A stretch of DNA of 64,000 bases from Octopus vulgaris (taxonomy: Eukaryota), in contig OX597821.1 in NCBI GenBank assembly GCA_951406725.2, positions 62,992,001 to 63,056,000 of the forward strand, given 5' to 3'. Below the pieces are notes generated by a model. The model saw nothing but the letters and a program-made list of their open reading frames with translations, made no database searches and was not told the origin of the DNA. The translations under genes were made by a program, and so were the position numbers. Below, piece by piece: positions 14,754 to 29,840 of this stretch. The number at the start of each line of letters is the position of its first letter. The first letter of the stretch is position 1.

Positions 14754-15828
14754 ATATTGTTATATTTCGGAATGGTCATATTGCCAGTTTAGCCAATAAA
14801 AACACACGCACTATATATTTGGTGTTATTTTGCTTCAGTGATATTTATTTTTTACATTAATCTTAATCTTATTTCGGCCAAAGTTCTTTCGTCACACTCC
14901 TGTGACCGCATCAGTGGTCCTTTGTTTTCTTCTCACTTACTTGTGTCTCTCCTTACTAACCGTCAGCCATTTTGTATTTCTATTGTATGTCTTCATTTGC
15001 GCATGCTTATATCTCTATGTGCGTCTATGTTTATTTAGTGTGTGTGGGGGGGATGCCTGTAATATTTGTATCTTCTGGTTATATACATTCTTGTAATTTG
15101 TATTTTGTTTTTGTTGTTGTTGCTTTTGTTCTAATTTTGTTCATGTGTTTACATCCACCCATTATTATCATTACATATGCTTGTATGTATGTATAACAAC
15201 AATATTAGTAATAATAATAATAAATCTATGTATGTGTGTATATGTGCATATATATGTATATGTATATGTATGTATATATATATATGTATATGTATGTGTA
15301 TATGTATGTATATATATATATGTATATGTATATTCTTTTCTTTTTTTTTTTTTTTTTCGATTAGATTTATTATTATTATTACTAATATTGTTGTTATACA
15401 TACATACAAGCATATGTAATGATAATAATGGGTGGATGTAAACACATGAACAAAATTAGAACAAAAGCAACAACAACAAAAACAAAATACAAATTACAAG
15501 AATGTATATAACCAGAAGATACAAATATTACAGGCATCCCCCCCACACACACTAAATAAACATAGACGCACATAGAGATATAAGCATGCGCAAATGAAGA
15601 CATACAATAGAAATACAAAATGGCTGACGGTTAGTAAGGAGAGACACAAGTAAATGAGAAGAAAACAAAGGACCACTGATGCGGTCACAGGAGTGTGACG
15701 AAAGAACTTTGGCCGAAATAAGATTAAGATTAATGTAAAAAATAAATATCACTGAAGCAAAATAACACCAAATATATAGTGCGTGTGTTTTTATTGGCTA
15801 AACTGGCAATATGACCATTCCGAAATAT

Positions 15829-15836
<8 letters not shown>
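14754..15836. repeat. Near-perfect inverted repeat, 475-bp arms, 133-bp spacer
   Basis: Arms 14754-15228 and 15362-15836; mirrored ORF pairs sum to 30590; one substitution seen. Confidence 0.95.
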
Positions 15837-15885
<49 letters not shown>

Positions 15886-16379
15886 CATTCATTTAAACTA
15901 TATCTTAAGTATTATTAACTGTAAAGTCTAAATAGATATCTTGGAGAAGATTATGATTAATATACCAAGAGTGATATTGGGTGGTGGCAGATGTTTTCGG
16001 CCGGAAACCGACTGAGACAGAAAACTAATCAGGAATTAGAAATAGCGCTAAAAATCGCATTGTCCTAAACAATCAAATTTTATATCGAACATAAAATTAA
16101 TAGAAATCACGTCACCACCAATACGAAACGAGAAGGAATTGGAGGAACTTCAAAGAATTGCACCAATTTAGAGGCAAAACGATTCGAAATTCAAACCACT
16201 ACGATCAGCAAGGAACTGTAAAACTATTGTCAGAAACTAGAATTAGTGTCATGTGAATTTATTCCTCGTACAATTTAATGTATGAAGTTCCTTTTATGCA
16301 AACAATAAAACGTATGAAATGTATTCCAGTTAAGTGATAGCCATTTGTATGCATAAAAATATTGAAAGATACACATGCA

Positions 16380-17070
16380 TACAGATATGATCAATAAGTA
16401 ACCGGATTTTTGGCATAGTAACGAAGCTAAAGCACACATAGTAAAACCGTTTGGCTCAGACTGACCATGAACTGCTTGAAAGTAATGGGTGAAAGTTGTT
16501 ATGGCGATACATGCACAGAGGCTTATGCACAGTTAAAGAAATTGTATGGATAGGAATTATGAATCACACACGAATGTACGAGAGTTTAAGGCCTTTCCAA
16601 GATGGCCGAAAAAATGTCGATATTGACGAACGTTTTGGGAGTTCCACAACCAGCAGAACTGAGTAAAACATCGCAGATGTTCGTGCAGCTGTGAGGGGAA
16701 ATCATCGAATCACTGAAGATTTAGGAATGAGATGTGTGTCTGCCAAATGTGTGCCCAAACTGCTTTCTGCTGACGAAAAAGACACGTTTCAGTTGCACAA
16801 GATCTCTTTGATTGAATCGCGAACGATGAAAGCCTTTTGAAAACTTTGAGCAGGTATCGCCAAGCTTTTGGCAAAATTGGATACAGACTCTTTGTTTAAA
16901 TTTCGCTCAGTCATAATCAATGCGACAATCACACGCCACACACGTTCCTTCAAAGCACTGCTGTAAACAGCGGAAGTGAGCTAGGACGTTAAAACGTAGA
17001 GCGCATTTACTACGTGCTTTAGTTTCTTTACTATGGCATCAGTGCGGGAACTTATTCATGAGCCTTCGTA
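16380..17070 (+). mobile_element. Mariner-type DNA transposon relic, internally deleted
   Basis: FQDGRKNVDIDER.G and LGMRCVSAKCVPKLLSADEK transposase N-terminal motifs; TIR-like ends (aataagtaaccgg / cgggaacttatt..cttcgta). Confidence 0.8.
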
Positions 17071-17578
17071 TGAATTTATGTATAATGTATGTATAATGTA
17101 TACGTATATATGTATGTATATGCACATATCGATATAGAAATACATACACATATTATACACACAAAAACAAATAGACATAAACGCACACAAATAAGGATAA
17201 CTCTGTAGAGAGACAGAGAAAGAGAGAGAAATAGACAGTATCATATAAAGAGTAATTTCCATAGAAATAAAGGTATGGTTACATATCTAGAAAACATGCA
17301 AATTCCATTTAAACACATATTACAAATTACGTTACACACAATTATATTTCATTCAGTATCACTTTCATTATTATTTATTACATTAAAATAATGCTTGATG
17401 TTTTCAAACATTTCTTACCGTTAAATTTTTTAAAACAGAAACAGGAGCTTTCAGCAGGAAAAGGGTTAACTCTAATCGATATGTGAGTAAATCTAAATCA
17501 GAAAGTGAAGGCAGTAAGCATATTAATAATAACTGTAATATCCTTCTGCTTCTTTTATTTTTTATTCTCTCTCAACAG

Positions 17579-17593
17579 ATAGATGTGAAATAG
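17579..17593 (+). CDS. Possible 15-nt microexon (xRCEIx)
   Basis: About 35-nt pyrimidine tract ending ctctctcaacag, then ATAGATGTGAAATAG|gcaagt. Open only in phase 1, and has the same AG|gcaagt donor as the exon ending at 57706. No independent support. Confidence 0.25.
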   Translation: MDVK

Positions 17594-17710
17594 GCAAGTA
17601 TCGACAAGCGGTTTCTTTTTTTGTTACTGTTGTCTCCGGAAAGACAACGAATGCACTCTCTTTTTGCAATCTTTTGCAATACCGTTCCTCTGTTGCTTCA
17701 ATATCCTTTA

Positions 17711-17752
<42 letters not shown>

Positions 17753-17859
17753 CATTATGATTATTACTATTATTTTTATTATTATTACTTTTATTATTAT
17801 TATTAAACAAACATTCTTTAGCATACATATAACAATAATTGTAATTTATAATTACTTTT

Positions 17860-18515
17860 ATGGCGTGTTGGCACAAGCAATAAAGCGTTGGACAACATAT
17901 TTCGAAGTCTCTATTGCGACTCTGCGTTTGGAGTCAAAATTTCACCGAGGCAACTTTACATTTCATCCTTCCCTGGATGGCAAATTGAGTACCAGTTGAA
18001 TACTCGGGTCGACGTTATCGATTTACCCACTTCCTGAAATGCTGCTGGACTTCTATTCAAATTTGAAATCCTCCAGGCGGCGAGCTAGCAGGATAGTAAA
18101 CAAGTCGAAAGAAATGCTTGGCGGTATTTGTCCTTTTCTTTCCTTTATAACTCTTCAAATTCCGCCAAAGTTGACTGATTTTCGTGCGTTCGAGGATAAT
18201 AAAATAAATAACAATAAAGCACTACGGCTGAATTAATATAACCTATTTGGCCCCAACCTCGATATTTCAGGCTTTGTGCCAATACTAGAAAGAATTAAAT
18301 TTTATGAAATGGCAGAATCGTTAGCACGCCGGTATAACATGTTTGGCGGTAGTTCTGCCTGGGACTAACGTTCTAAATTCAAACCCCGTCCAGGTCAATT
18401 TTATCTTCCATCCATCCTGAGCGGATAAACTATTATAGTAGTAAATTACCGGGTCGATGCTATCGACTAGCCCACTTCCTTTACAAATACTTGACTTGTG
18501 CCAAAATTAGAAACA
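17860..18515 (+). mobile_element. Three head-to-tail decayed SINE copies
   Basis: Copies near 17860-18070, 18074-18295 and 18305-18515, each resembling the 29458-29672 family. Confidence 0.7.
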
Positions 18516-18677
18516 ATTATTATTATTTGTATAATTATGATTTGGTTGGATTTGCTTGCTACGCTCCTCTTTAACTGGCCGATGCAGCCTTCCAAACCGT
18601 GCATCCCTAATATTAACAATTCTTTCCCTCCGTTTGCAAACAACAAATCCCAAAGGCTTCTTTATCATCCTTTATAA

Positions 18678-19820
<1,143 letters not shown>

Positions 19821-20146
19821 TATATATAGTTTTATATTTCAGCAAAATTAAGGTGGGGAGCATGCAATAGATTGTAGATGCCAAAGTGCGTCTCGCTTTT
19901 TCGAAATTTTATTTTCGCTGCATGCATTGAACAGTAAAACTTTTGTCATAGACACATAAAGTGTAACTGTTCTATGAGAATGAAAAAAAATTCTTTCCGA
20001 AAACACGAGGCCCTAAAAAAGGAAATTACCGATCATTAATATGTCCTGATAGAATTATATGTACACACTATCTATACTTACATTAGCTGTAAAACGTAGG
20101 TATACATACATGTCCATATACACGCCCACGCTCATACACACACACG

Positions 20147-20200
<54 letters not shown>

Positions 20201-20229
20201 TATATATTATATATACGCATATATATATA

Positions 20230-20276
<47 letters not shown>

Positions 20277-21254
20277 TGTATGTATGTATGTACATATGTA
20301 TATATACGCATTAAAATTGAAAATTAATGCTTGAAACGGTTGTAAATATAAATATATATATATATGAATATTTTATTTATTTATCTTCGGGCTTTGCTAA
20401 AGAATAAAATGAAAAGTGTGTACATATATATAACTTGTAAATTTTTCCTGGAGTGTCATTTTCGTGTTTTCAAAAGGTAGTTTTAAAACGTAGAAATCTG
20501 CCGTTTTTCGATTTTCAAATATGTGTTTGTGTTTTGTGTATTGCGTATCTAACAGAATTTTCCCCAGATTACTAGTATACAAAGCGCTATATATATATGG
20601 AAGTTGTGAAAAGTGAGCTCAGCCTGATAGAAATATTAGCTCTAACTTACATAGATTTTAGCCTAGTAAATAATAACACGAGAAAGGATTGCGTTGAGAA
20701 ATTCTTATATGCCTAAATCTGTTTGATAAACCTAAACAGAGGCAATTATTAGTAGCAGTAATACAAGCATAATAGCAAAAAATAACTACCAAATCTTTGT
20801 AAGTCATTACAACAATATGAACAATTACAGTAGAAAATAATATAAAAAATCTAAAGATTATACCCGCATGGTCTAGCAATTGCATAAATTTATCTAGTAT
20901 ATGCAGTATATTAGCTCAGAAATTGAAATTCATCTGGCAGAAATGCAAAAATGGTGTGCTTTATAATATTTATGATATGGAGGTGCCATTTTTTTATGAT
21001 GTGCAGCAACAGCCCAAATTTATACGGAGCCCCTGTTTAAACGACTTAGAACAAGACGGCCATACTAACACAAAAGCGACGAAATTTAAGTAAGGAATAA
21101 ATGTTAAATGACTGAAAATAATAGATATAAACATTAATAAATTTTAAGGTTAAAATTAGAAAAGAACGTGGACATTCACACGCACACACACATAGACATA
21201 CCTCATCATATATACATATAAACACACATACATGCATATACACATGCATACACA

Positions 21255-21306
<52 letters not shown>

Positions 21307-21366
21307 TATATATATATATATAAAACAAAAGACAAAGACAGGTGTATATATATAGATAGATAGATA

Positions 21367-21403
<37 letters not shown>

Positions 21404-21834
21404 CTCCCCGTTACATGATGGACTGGCAAAGGTGTATGTATACATTATCCATATCAGGTAATATAATATTCAGAAATAATTTTATTAAATATCTTAGTGT
21501 TTATTACAAATTATGAAATGAATACAGATTTCTAAAAGAAATATCTTTATAATATCAATATATAATCATACACAGAAAGTAAGACTTTTCAGTACCTCCT
21601 ATAACTATTCAGTATTTTACTCCCCCTCTTCCTCCTATGTATCTATGATTATTTATCTCTCACTCTGTGTGAATGTTGCGTCTATTTACCCATTGCCTGC
21701 CGCCAAGCCTATTATATGCACTCAAACTGTATCTCTTATATTAACTCAAACAGCATCTCTCTATTTTTTTTATTTCTCCCTCTCTCTGAACTGGAAAACC
21801 AACAAACCAACTTCTTCCGTCTTTCTTTTTTAAG

Positions 21835-21980
21835 TTCAACTTTTTTAAGTTCCACCAAGGTCAGCTTTGCCATTGATCCTTTCGGGGTCGACCAAATAAG
21901 TACCATTTAAGAACTGGGGTAGGGGATGTTGCAATCGGAGTCTTTCTTCCATAATTTCAGACCTTTTGCCTATAGTAGAA
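21835..21980 (+). mobile_element. SINE 3' fragment
   Basis: aggtcagctttgcc...cctttcggggtcgac..aataagtacc...cctatagtagaa. Confidence 0.7.
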
Positions 21981-23357
21981 ATGAATTTTGTTTATTTTAC
22001 TCAGTTTAATATATATATATGCAAAAGTGTGTTTGTGTGTACATATATATATAGATGTATATGTTAAATATATATTATGTATGCATTAGTCACCATGTAT
22101 GTATACATATACACTTAAGAATTTACATACAAAGTACTTTTTTATGTTGTCATGTCTTTACATTTGATCTGAAGGAAAACCTTTTTTGTTTAGCCTGTTT
22201 TAAGTTTCGTCAGAATTAAAAACAGTTCTGTAGATAAAACATTTCTTTCGCCCATTTATCTGTTATTGCTAACTATAGGCATGAACTTTTGGAAGAGTGC
22301 ACACATTTATGACCAACAGAAACTTCTCTTGTTGAATGTTATACAAAATCTAGAATAATGTGTCTTTGTATGAAATACATATACTGTTGCTCAATACAAT
22401 TGCATAATGTGTATTTAATGAACATATGAATATTTATTACACGTATTTAAATTGCATATTATTGATTAACCGTACACCGTAATGTAATTACATGTATACA
22501 TCTCGAATGTAGCACGCAAACATATTCATTTTATCTGATGTGAGGTATGGCAGGGTACAAACCCTCGCGTTTATTAATTATATGCACACAGTTATTGCTT
22601 GAAACCATGTTTTCTTACCAACAAGATATGAAATTTCGTACGCTTTTAGCATTTTAAGGTACATGATGCTCCGCTGCGGGATACTTCATGTGGTTTTTAG
22701 AGAAATAGCAGCCAAACTATGCATTATTGTTTTCAAAGGAAACACTTTCAAAATAATAATGCGATATAAACATACTGAAAAGAGTGGAAGATATTAATGT
22801 CTTGTACATCTCAGCCTGATCAGTCAAACGTAACCTGAAAAGCAACAAGTAACTAGGCATGAAAATTGTCCTGTTTTCCTGAATAGTAATGTTTTTATAT
22901 CCTTCAATCGGAGATACATTTCTACAACGTCTCCTTCAAAATAATGGAAACATAATATAAACTGCAATAATTGGAGTAACACCATTCTTATCCACTTACT
23001 AATAAACTGTATGATGACTGATGCAAACATACAAAATGGTATACGAACGTCCGTGGTATGATATTCTTGTTATAATGCCCAGTGTTAATGATTAAACTTG
23101 ATTTAGATCTACTCAGATTATAGTCTTGTATATAGCTCAGCTGTAACATATTAGTATTGCACTAAATAAACCATATCAGAGAAAGCCATGGTGATTTCGT
23201 TTACATCTGCAGATCCATATATGTGTGTGTGTATACATATATGCATAAATATATACATATACAAACATATAAATAAGTATAGATACATACATTCTCACTC
23301 ACAGGCATACACACATTCTCTCACACATCATATACATATACACATACATGCATATAC

Positions 23358-23698
23358 ATGTGGCACCCTGGGTAAGTGTCTTCTACTATTGCTTCGAGCC
23401 GACCAAACGACTTGTGATTGGATTTGGTAGACAGAAACTGAAAAAAGCCCGTCGTGTATATATATGTATATATGTATGCGTGTGCATATGTTTGTGTGTC
23501 TGCGTTTGTCCCCCCAGCCAATATCGCTTGACAGCCGATGCTGGTGAGTTTACGTCCCCATAACTAAGTTGTTCGGCAAAAGAGATAGAATAAGTACTAG
23601 GATTACAAAGAATAAGTCCCGGAGTCGATTTGCTCGACTAAAGGCGGTACTCTGGCATGACCGCAGTCAAATGACGGAGACAGGTAAAAGAATAAAAA
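23358..23698 (+). mobile_element. SINE with internal microsatellite, 5' truncated
   Basis: Same family as 46481-46882. Confidence 0.85.
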
Positions 23699-24614
23699 AA
23701 ATATATATCAAACGTGTACATATGCAAATATGCTTACGTATGTTGTGTTTGCATGTTGGTGTGTCTGTGTGCATTTTTCTATATAGATGTAAGTATATAT
23801 GTTCAGGAATGACTAAGATATAATTATTAACGATATTGAACGATATTACCAGCTTCTTTCTGTGTGAATATCATTTACAAACAATAATTTGATATCATAT
23901 AATACAAGATTGATGAACGAACTCGAAGATCCTATCGGTTGCCTATTGCCATATTCTGTGTTGCTTGCCTACAATGTACTTTCTATCTAGATCGAAAGTA
24001 TATCTTAGATCGATATAGGTAAACTGGAGTTTTGATAAGTATATCAATTGCCAGTTTATTTGTTTTGTATGCCTATTACACAATCAAATGACTAACTGAA
24101 TATTCCATTATAGAATATTTGCCTCAGTTTCAACCGACATGTATATTTTATTTGCTTCAGTACACTCACCCACATCACGCGGGTAGATTATCATGTGTAC
24201 TTCGTGAATATATATATATATATATATATTTAGATAGATAGATAGATATAGATACATACATATATACATACATGCATGATTACATTCATACATACATATG
24301 TGTATGTGTGTGTATCTGCGGTGTGCATGAGTGTGTGTGTGTGTATATTCGGCTTCGATTTGTAAATGGGTCATGTTAAGTCCGAGCAGTCACTCTCTTA
24401 CATAAACCTTCACTCGTTTTCTGTCTCTCTCGTACAAATGCCTATAGGTAACATGATTACATATATATACATGTAATTAAGATTCAATTGAATTAGGTAC
24501 TTAGGTTGAAGCACCAGGTCAGTCTGATACTGTCCACACACCTGGAAGTAAGGTAAATACGATAAAAAAAGTAACAGGATGTCAACTAGTAATGCAGTAC
24601 GGCCGTATGTATGT

Positions 24615-24669
<55 letters not shown>

Positions 24670-24675
24670 TATGTA

Positions 24676-24725
<50 letters not shown>

Positions 24726-26948
24726 GTAATGTATACATATATATACTAGTATGTATGTATGTATGTATGTATGTATGCATGTATGTATGTTAGTATGTTC
24801 GAATATATGCATGAAAATATGTGTTTATATTGACAGTCTCCATTAGATAATCTATACATTGTATACTAGTTGAAAACATTTCTGGTATCTAGAACACTCG
24901 ATCTTGCTCAATTCAGTACAGAAAATATATCTCTCCACCTCAGCATCTTTCAATGTATATCTTTATACGACTTTACTCATCATGAAAGAAGTTTGAAACA
25001 GCCCCTTATAGTCTTATTATATATTATTCTCACTACTTTATGTTAATATTTACAAACTAATTAATTATTAGGATTTAAAATCTAATGATTATCTTGTTCT
25101 TACTAAAGATTCACTTCACGTAAGTGACATCCTGTGGCCCAATAAACTTAAACTTACCCGATAAGAATATATCTAACGCCCCGTGAAGCTGCAACTCTCG
25201 CTTAAATTCCCCAACTTCCTCTCAAAATCTACCAAATTGTGTTTTGCACCAGATGCCGAAATCTATAATTGATGTAGTTTTTCACATATTATGAGTAAAA
25301 TAGAAGAGATGGTAAAGGAAAACTGGCTTTCAACATATTTTTGTATTTCTGTTTTGATATTTTTTATTAAATTTGTATTAATTCCTCGTTTCTCAATAAA
25401 TTATTTCACGTTTGCCACCGTATAAATATGATAGCATTTAACACAAAATAGTGTATGTAGAACAATTAATGGTGTTTCACAACTGGTAGAGACACACACA
25501 AACGCACATTACAATTCTTTTAATTATAAATCAAAAATTTAATCGTTAGCTTTCCATGATTCCCAAAACGTCTAACCTAATTCTTCCATCAAGTAGCACT
25601 TAGAGGCCATGAGTGCTAAACAAACTGCAAATATTAAATATTAAAACGATATCAAATTTCAGAGTGCTTTTAGCTATTCATTTGGGGAAGGTACCATGTC
25701 GATCAAGAAATTGTTCTTTAAAGCTACTCAGTTATATAAAGAAAAACTAATTTATATTTATATATTTATAATTTAAAGTGTGTAACCCGAAGAAATATAA
25801 ATGTTTATAGAACAGGTTATACAAAGAGTAAATTTCAAGAATAATGTTGTCTTTATTGACTTATTTGGTGCACAGACCGCTTTTTTTCAATACATGTCCG
25901 CACGTCCCATTTTCCCCAAACTATGTTTTAGTATTATAAAACGTCAAAGCTATTGTGAAGCTACTACACAGTGAAATAGGACTAAAGTGGCGTCTTCAGG
26001 TGTAAAGCTTCTATTAGTTATTCTCATTGAACACACAGTATCATATGAATAAGTGTGGAGGAAGCCTACATCTACTGAAAAATACGACCGATTTACCATG
26101 AGATTCAGAGAATCTGGCTTCCAGACCAGAGTCCGTTTCATAAAGGTAGGAAATGAAAGGATTTCTGTGCCTATCATCTGATGACATGGTTTGCAGGTTC
26201 TTAAGGCAACGGCAGAAACAATTTATAAAGAATTCCATTTGGAGAAATAGAAATGAATTTTACAAAGCAAAATTTATCCTACGCTCACCTGCTCTCTTAC
26301 CACAATGTAAGTACCTTGGCTCTGGGATAACTTAAGAAACAAGGAAGATTGCAATAAGGACAGTAACATAAAATGTTGAAGCAGAATAATATCCAGGATT
26401 CATAAGTTGGAGTTAACCCGGACCACTTAGAATGTAATGAGCTAAGAACCGAAACAATTGCATAAAGAAAAGGGTCTTCTGTTCAGCTATCGCTACATGT
26501 TTTTTTTTTTCTTTCTGCTAGGTGTAAGGTTTTAAATAACTTTCTTTGTTAAGAATTCGTAAATGTGTAAGCAAAATTATCCGCGTACGATAGATTCTGA
26601 GATCAAATTCTCGAATGTATGGACCCAAATGTTCTAATTACTGAAAATCATTCTATTTATGTTACATTACCCGATGTACATGGCACTTTAATATTTCTAG
26701 AATATTCGCTTTTTACATTATGTTACGGTTGTTTTATTTAGAACTAAAGTATGTCAAAATTAAATATATAGTTTTTCTTTGTCTACATGATAAACCATCG
26801 AATAGCAAGCGTATCAGTATTCCGAGGACTATTTTTTGTATGTGAAAATTTTAATAATATTATTTTATGTTATCAGGTTATGCCAGCGCTAAATGACCAG
26901 AAACATACCTTTTGGAGGTAAAATTGCGTAGATAAAATGTCATCATTT

Positions 26949-27085
26949 GCATTATTTACATTGTCTATATTATTTACATTCAACGGATATTTGTCCTCAT
27001 CTTGTTTGTTGTTAACACAAACAAGTGTTAAAAACAAACAGGTTGAGGACAAATATCCGTTGAATGTAAATAAGGTAAATAATGC
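26949..27085. repeat. Short fold-back inverted repeat
   Basis: 49-bp arms 26970-27018 and 27025-27073 (3 mismatches, 6-nt loop) plus outer gcattatttac/gtaaataatgc. Confidence 0.9.
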
Positions 27086-28472
27086 TCATAATTCCTCATC
27101 TCTTAAATATAGAAATGTCATCTTTGTATAACATCTAATTACTTAGAAATGATGGAATCATATGCGATCTTTTGTGGAATACGAAATGCAGTCACTTTAC
27201 AAGCTATAAATATGAGCGTAAAAGTGTCAACTGGCTCGTTACACCTCCCTTTCTGTAGTTGAAAGTTAAGATGTCAAAATAGATTTATATTATACAATTA
27301 CCATTGTAGTTCATAGCTTCTTATTTTGTAACGTATTATTTAACTGCACAGAATGACAAGTCTGCAATGTGCACAGCTCTCATTACTTTGTATTAGTCAC
27401 CACGGTCCTGAAGACGACCATCTGAATGCTCACTGTATTTAACAGTGATGGATATAGAACAAATAAACTACCCAAAATATTACCAAATATATTTCAATAG
27501 AATCATGATATAATACTGATTCAGAAGTTTACCTTAAATATGTATTACTAATTTGTATTCAAGGTATGCAAGGTATGTATATTTAAATTATTGTGGCAGA
27601 AAATGAAGTGTTTAAATATCAATGTAGAATTGAATATATGTTACTTGCAATGTCGGTCTTCTTTTTATCATAACTCGGAAGTAAATGATGTGCACTTCTA
27701 TTCATTGGAGATGTTTTGCGTAAATGTACTACAGAAAGCATGAATAAGAGTATACGTCTTCATTTTCCAAATAAAGTTAGTTGATATTCAATATGTATCA
27801 GGAAGCCGAAGATTTCTTCTGAGAATACATACAGAATTATTTTTTAGAATTGCTTTTCATAATTTTCTATAGCAAATAATTTTTACATTACTTTTCATTA
27901 ACATGTCACTCACCGAACTGTTACAATATGTTTATCTTTGTTTTATGTGTTTACTTCAACATTATTAGTATAAAGCCCCGCGAAAACGAAGTGGAGATTG
28001 AAATTTAAATTTTAGATATAGAAAAAAAAGTTACCTGCCATATCAATTTTATATATTGTTTCGTAGGAAATAGCTTAAATTCAAAATGCAGCGATGCTGT
28101 TGATGTTATCAATGCAATATTGTAATGAATTATTCAAAAGGAAACAGCTCGTTCAACTTGAAGACAGAGGAATTGTTTTCTATTTCATTCTATAAATGGA
28201 TATTTTATTTAATAATTCTTTAAAAATGTGTTCCTTCATGCAACAGAAGCATTTCAAAAAGATTAATTTAATATAATTTCTTCGTTTTCTTTTTTCGTAA
28301 GTTTTTAAAACAAAATAACACAACTGTCTCATTTAATATTTTTCATTCGCCATTCCATAAATGATTTAAAAGACACAAAAACACACGCGCACACACTGCG
28401 TGTACACACGGGCGCACGCACTCACGTGCGTTCCACGCGCACACACACTCACGCACTCACATATATAGACGC

Positions 28473-28490
28473 AGAGAGAGAGAGAGAGAG

Positions 28491-28540
<50 letters not shown>

Positions 28541-28850
28541 GAAGGAAGAAAGAAAGAAAGAAGGAAAGAAAGAAAGAAAGAAAAAAGAAATGAGGAAAGA
28601 AGGAAGGAAGGAAATAAGGAAGGAAGGAAGAAGGAAGGAAGGGAAGAAGGAAGTAAGGAATGAAGGAAGGAAGGAAAGAAGGAAAGGAGGAAGGAAGGAA
28701 GGAAAGAAGGAAAGGAGGAAAGAAGGAAAGAAAGGAAGAAGGAAAGAAAGAGGGAAAGAAAGAAGGAAGGAAGGAAGGAAAGAAAGAAAGAATGAAGAAA
28801 AGAAAGAAGGAAAGAAGGAATGAAAGAAAGAAGGAAAGAAAGAAAATTAG
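28473..28850 (+). repeat. Polypurine tract (GA)n/(GAAA)n/(GGAA)n
   Basis: Direct reading; almost pyrimidine-free for ~380 bp. Confidence 0.95.
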
Positions 28851-29299
28851 CGAAAGAGAGGCATAACGAAAGAAAGAAGGAGAGAACTTATTTCCTAATG
28901 AACCTCAGAGATATGTTCCGATGATAAAGTTTCCTCTCTTCTAATCCATTTAGATGCATTCATAAACTCACATACTTAAGAACCATTATTACATATAAAA
29001 CGTCTAAGTTTTTTGTGTATAAACAACTATTCTAAAACCCATTCTAATTCTAATTAGCTCCATATTAATTGTTTGCCAATGTTGATAACATTCACGAAAT
29101 AAAATAATTTTGCCTCTGTTAATCATAACACACGCGTTGTTTATGTTTACGCATTGGTCATTAATCTTTAACAGTTTAAACGCCACGTTAGAGTTAAATA
29201 TTGTTGATATATATACAATCTGATACATCCTTCTCTGTGTCAAGACTTTATTGACGACTACTTCATTATGATTATTTTAATCAACTCACCTTCACAACT

Positions 29300-29840
29300 G
29301 GCTCTCCGTCGGCAGTGAGGAGAGAGCTGATTGAATCGACGAAACGGCCTGCTCGTCATATTAACGTGCAAGTGGCTGCATACTCCACAGGCAAGTAGTT
29401 CACAGAGAGATTCAACATGATAAAGAATGCGACAAAGAGTGGCCTTTTTTTTTTTTTAAGGCGGCGAGTTGGCAGAATCGTTAACACGCCGGGCGAAATC
29501 CTTACCAGTATTTCGTCTGCCGCTACGTTCTGAGTTCAAATTCCGCCGAGGTCGACTTTGCATTTCATCCTTTCGCGATCAATAAATTAGATACCAGTTG
29601 TGCACTAGGGTAGATATAACCGACTGGCTCCTTTCCCAAAAATTTCGGGCCTTGAACCTGGAGTAGAAAAGAAAGACTGGTCTTTTTAAAGAAAGGCATT
29701 ACTGATTTTTTTCCGACTAAATGCACTGAAGCAACGTAAAATAAAGTATATTGCTTAAGGACACAACTTACTGCCCTGTATCGAACCTAGGGACTTACGA
29801 TAGTGAGCCTAATACCTAACCACTAAGTCATGCGGCTTCA
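29300..29840 (-). mobile_element. tRNA-derived SINE interrupted by a nested SINE
   Basis: Homologous to 33863-34175; head ctaaccactaagtcatgcggcttca at the right end. Confidence 0.75.
29458..29672 (+). mobile_element. Full-length short SINE, nested
   Basis: aaggcggcgagttggcagaatcgtta...gagttcaaattcc (A/B-box-like)...gtagaaaag. Confidence 0.88.

Noticed and set aside
26197-26306. AG...gtaagt exon-like segment
   Set aside because: Poor pyrimidine tract, no recognisable domain, and the length does not preserve frame.
26877-26917. 41-nt exon-like segment (VMPALNDQKHTFW)
   Set aside because: Not a multiple of 3, closed in phase 1, and no further support; a UTR exon cannot be excluded.
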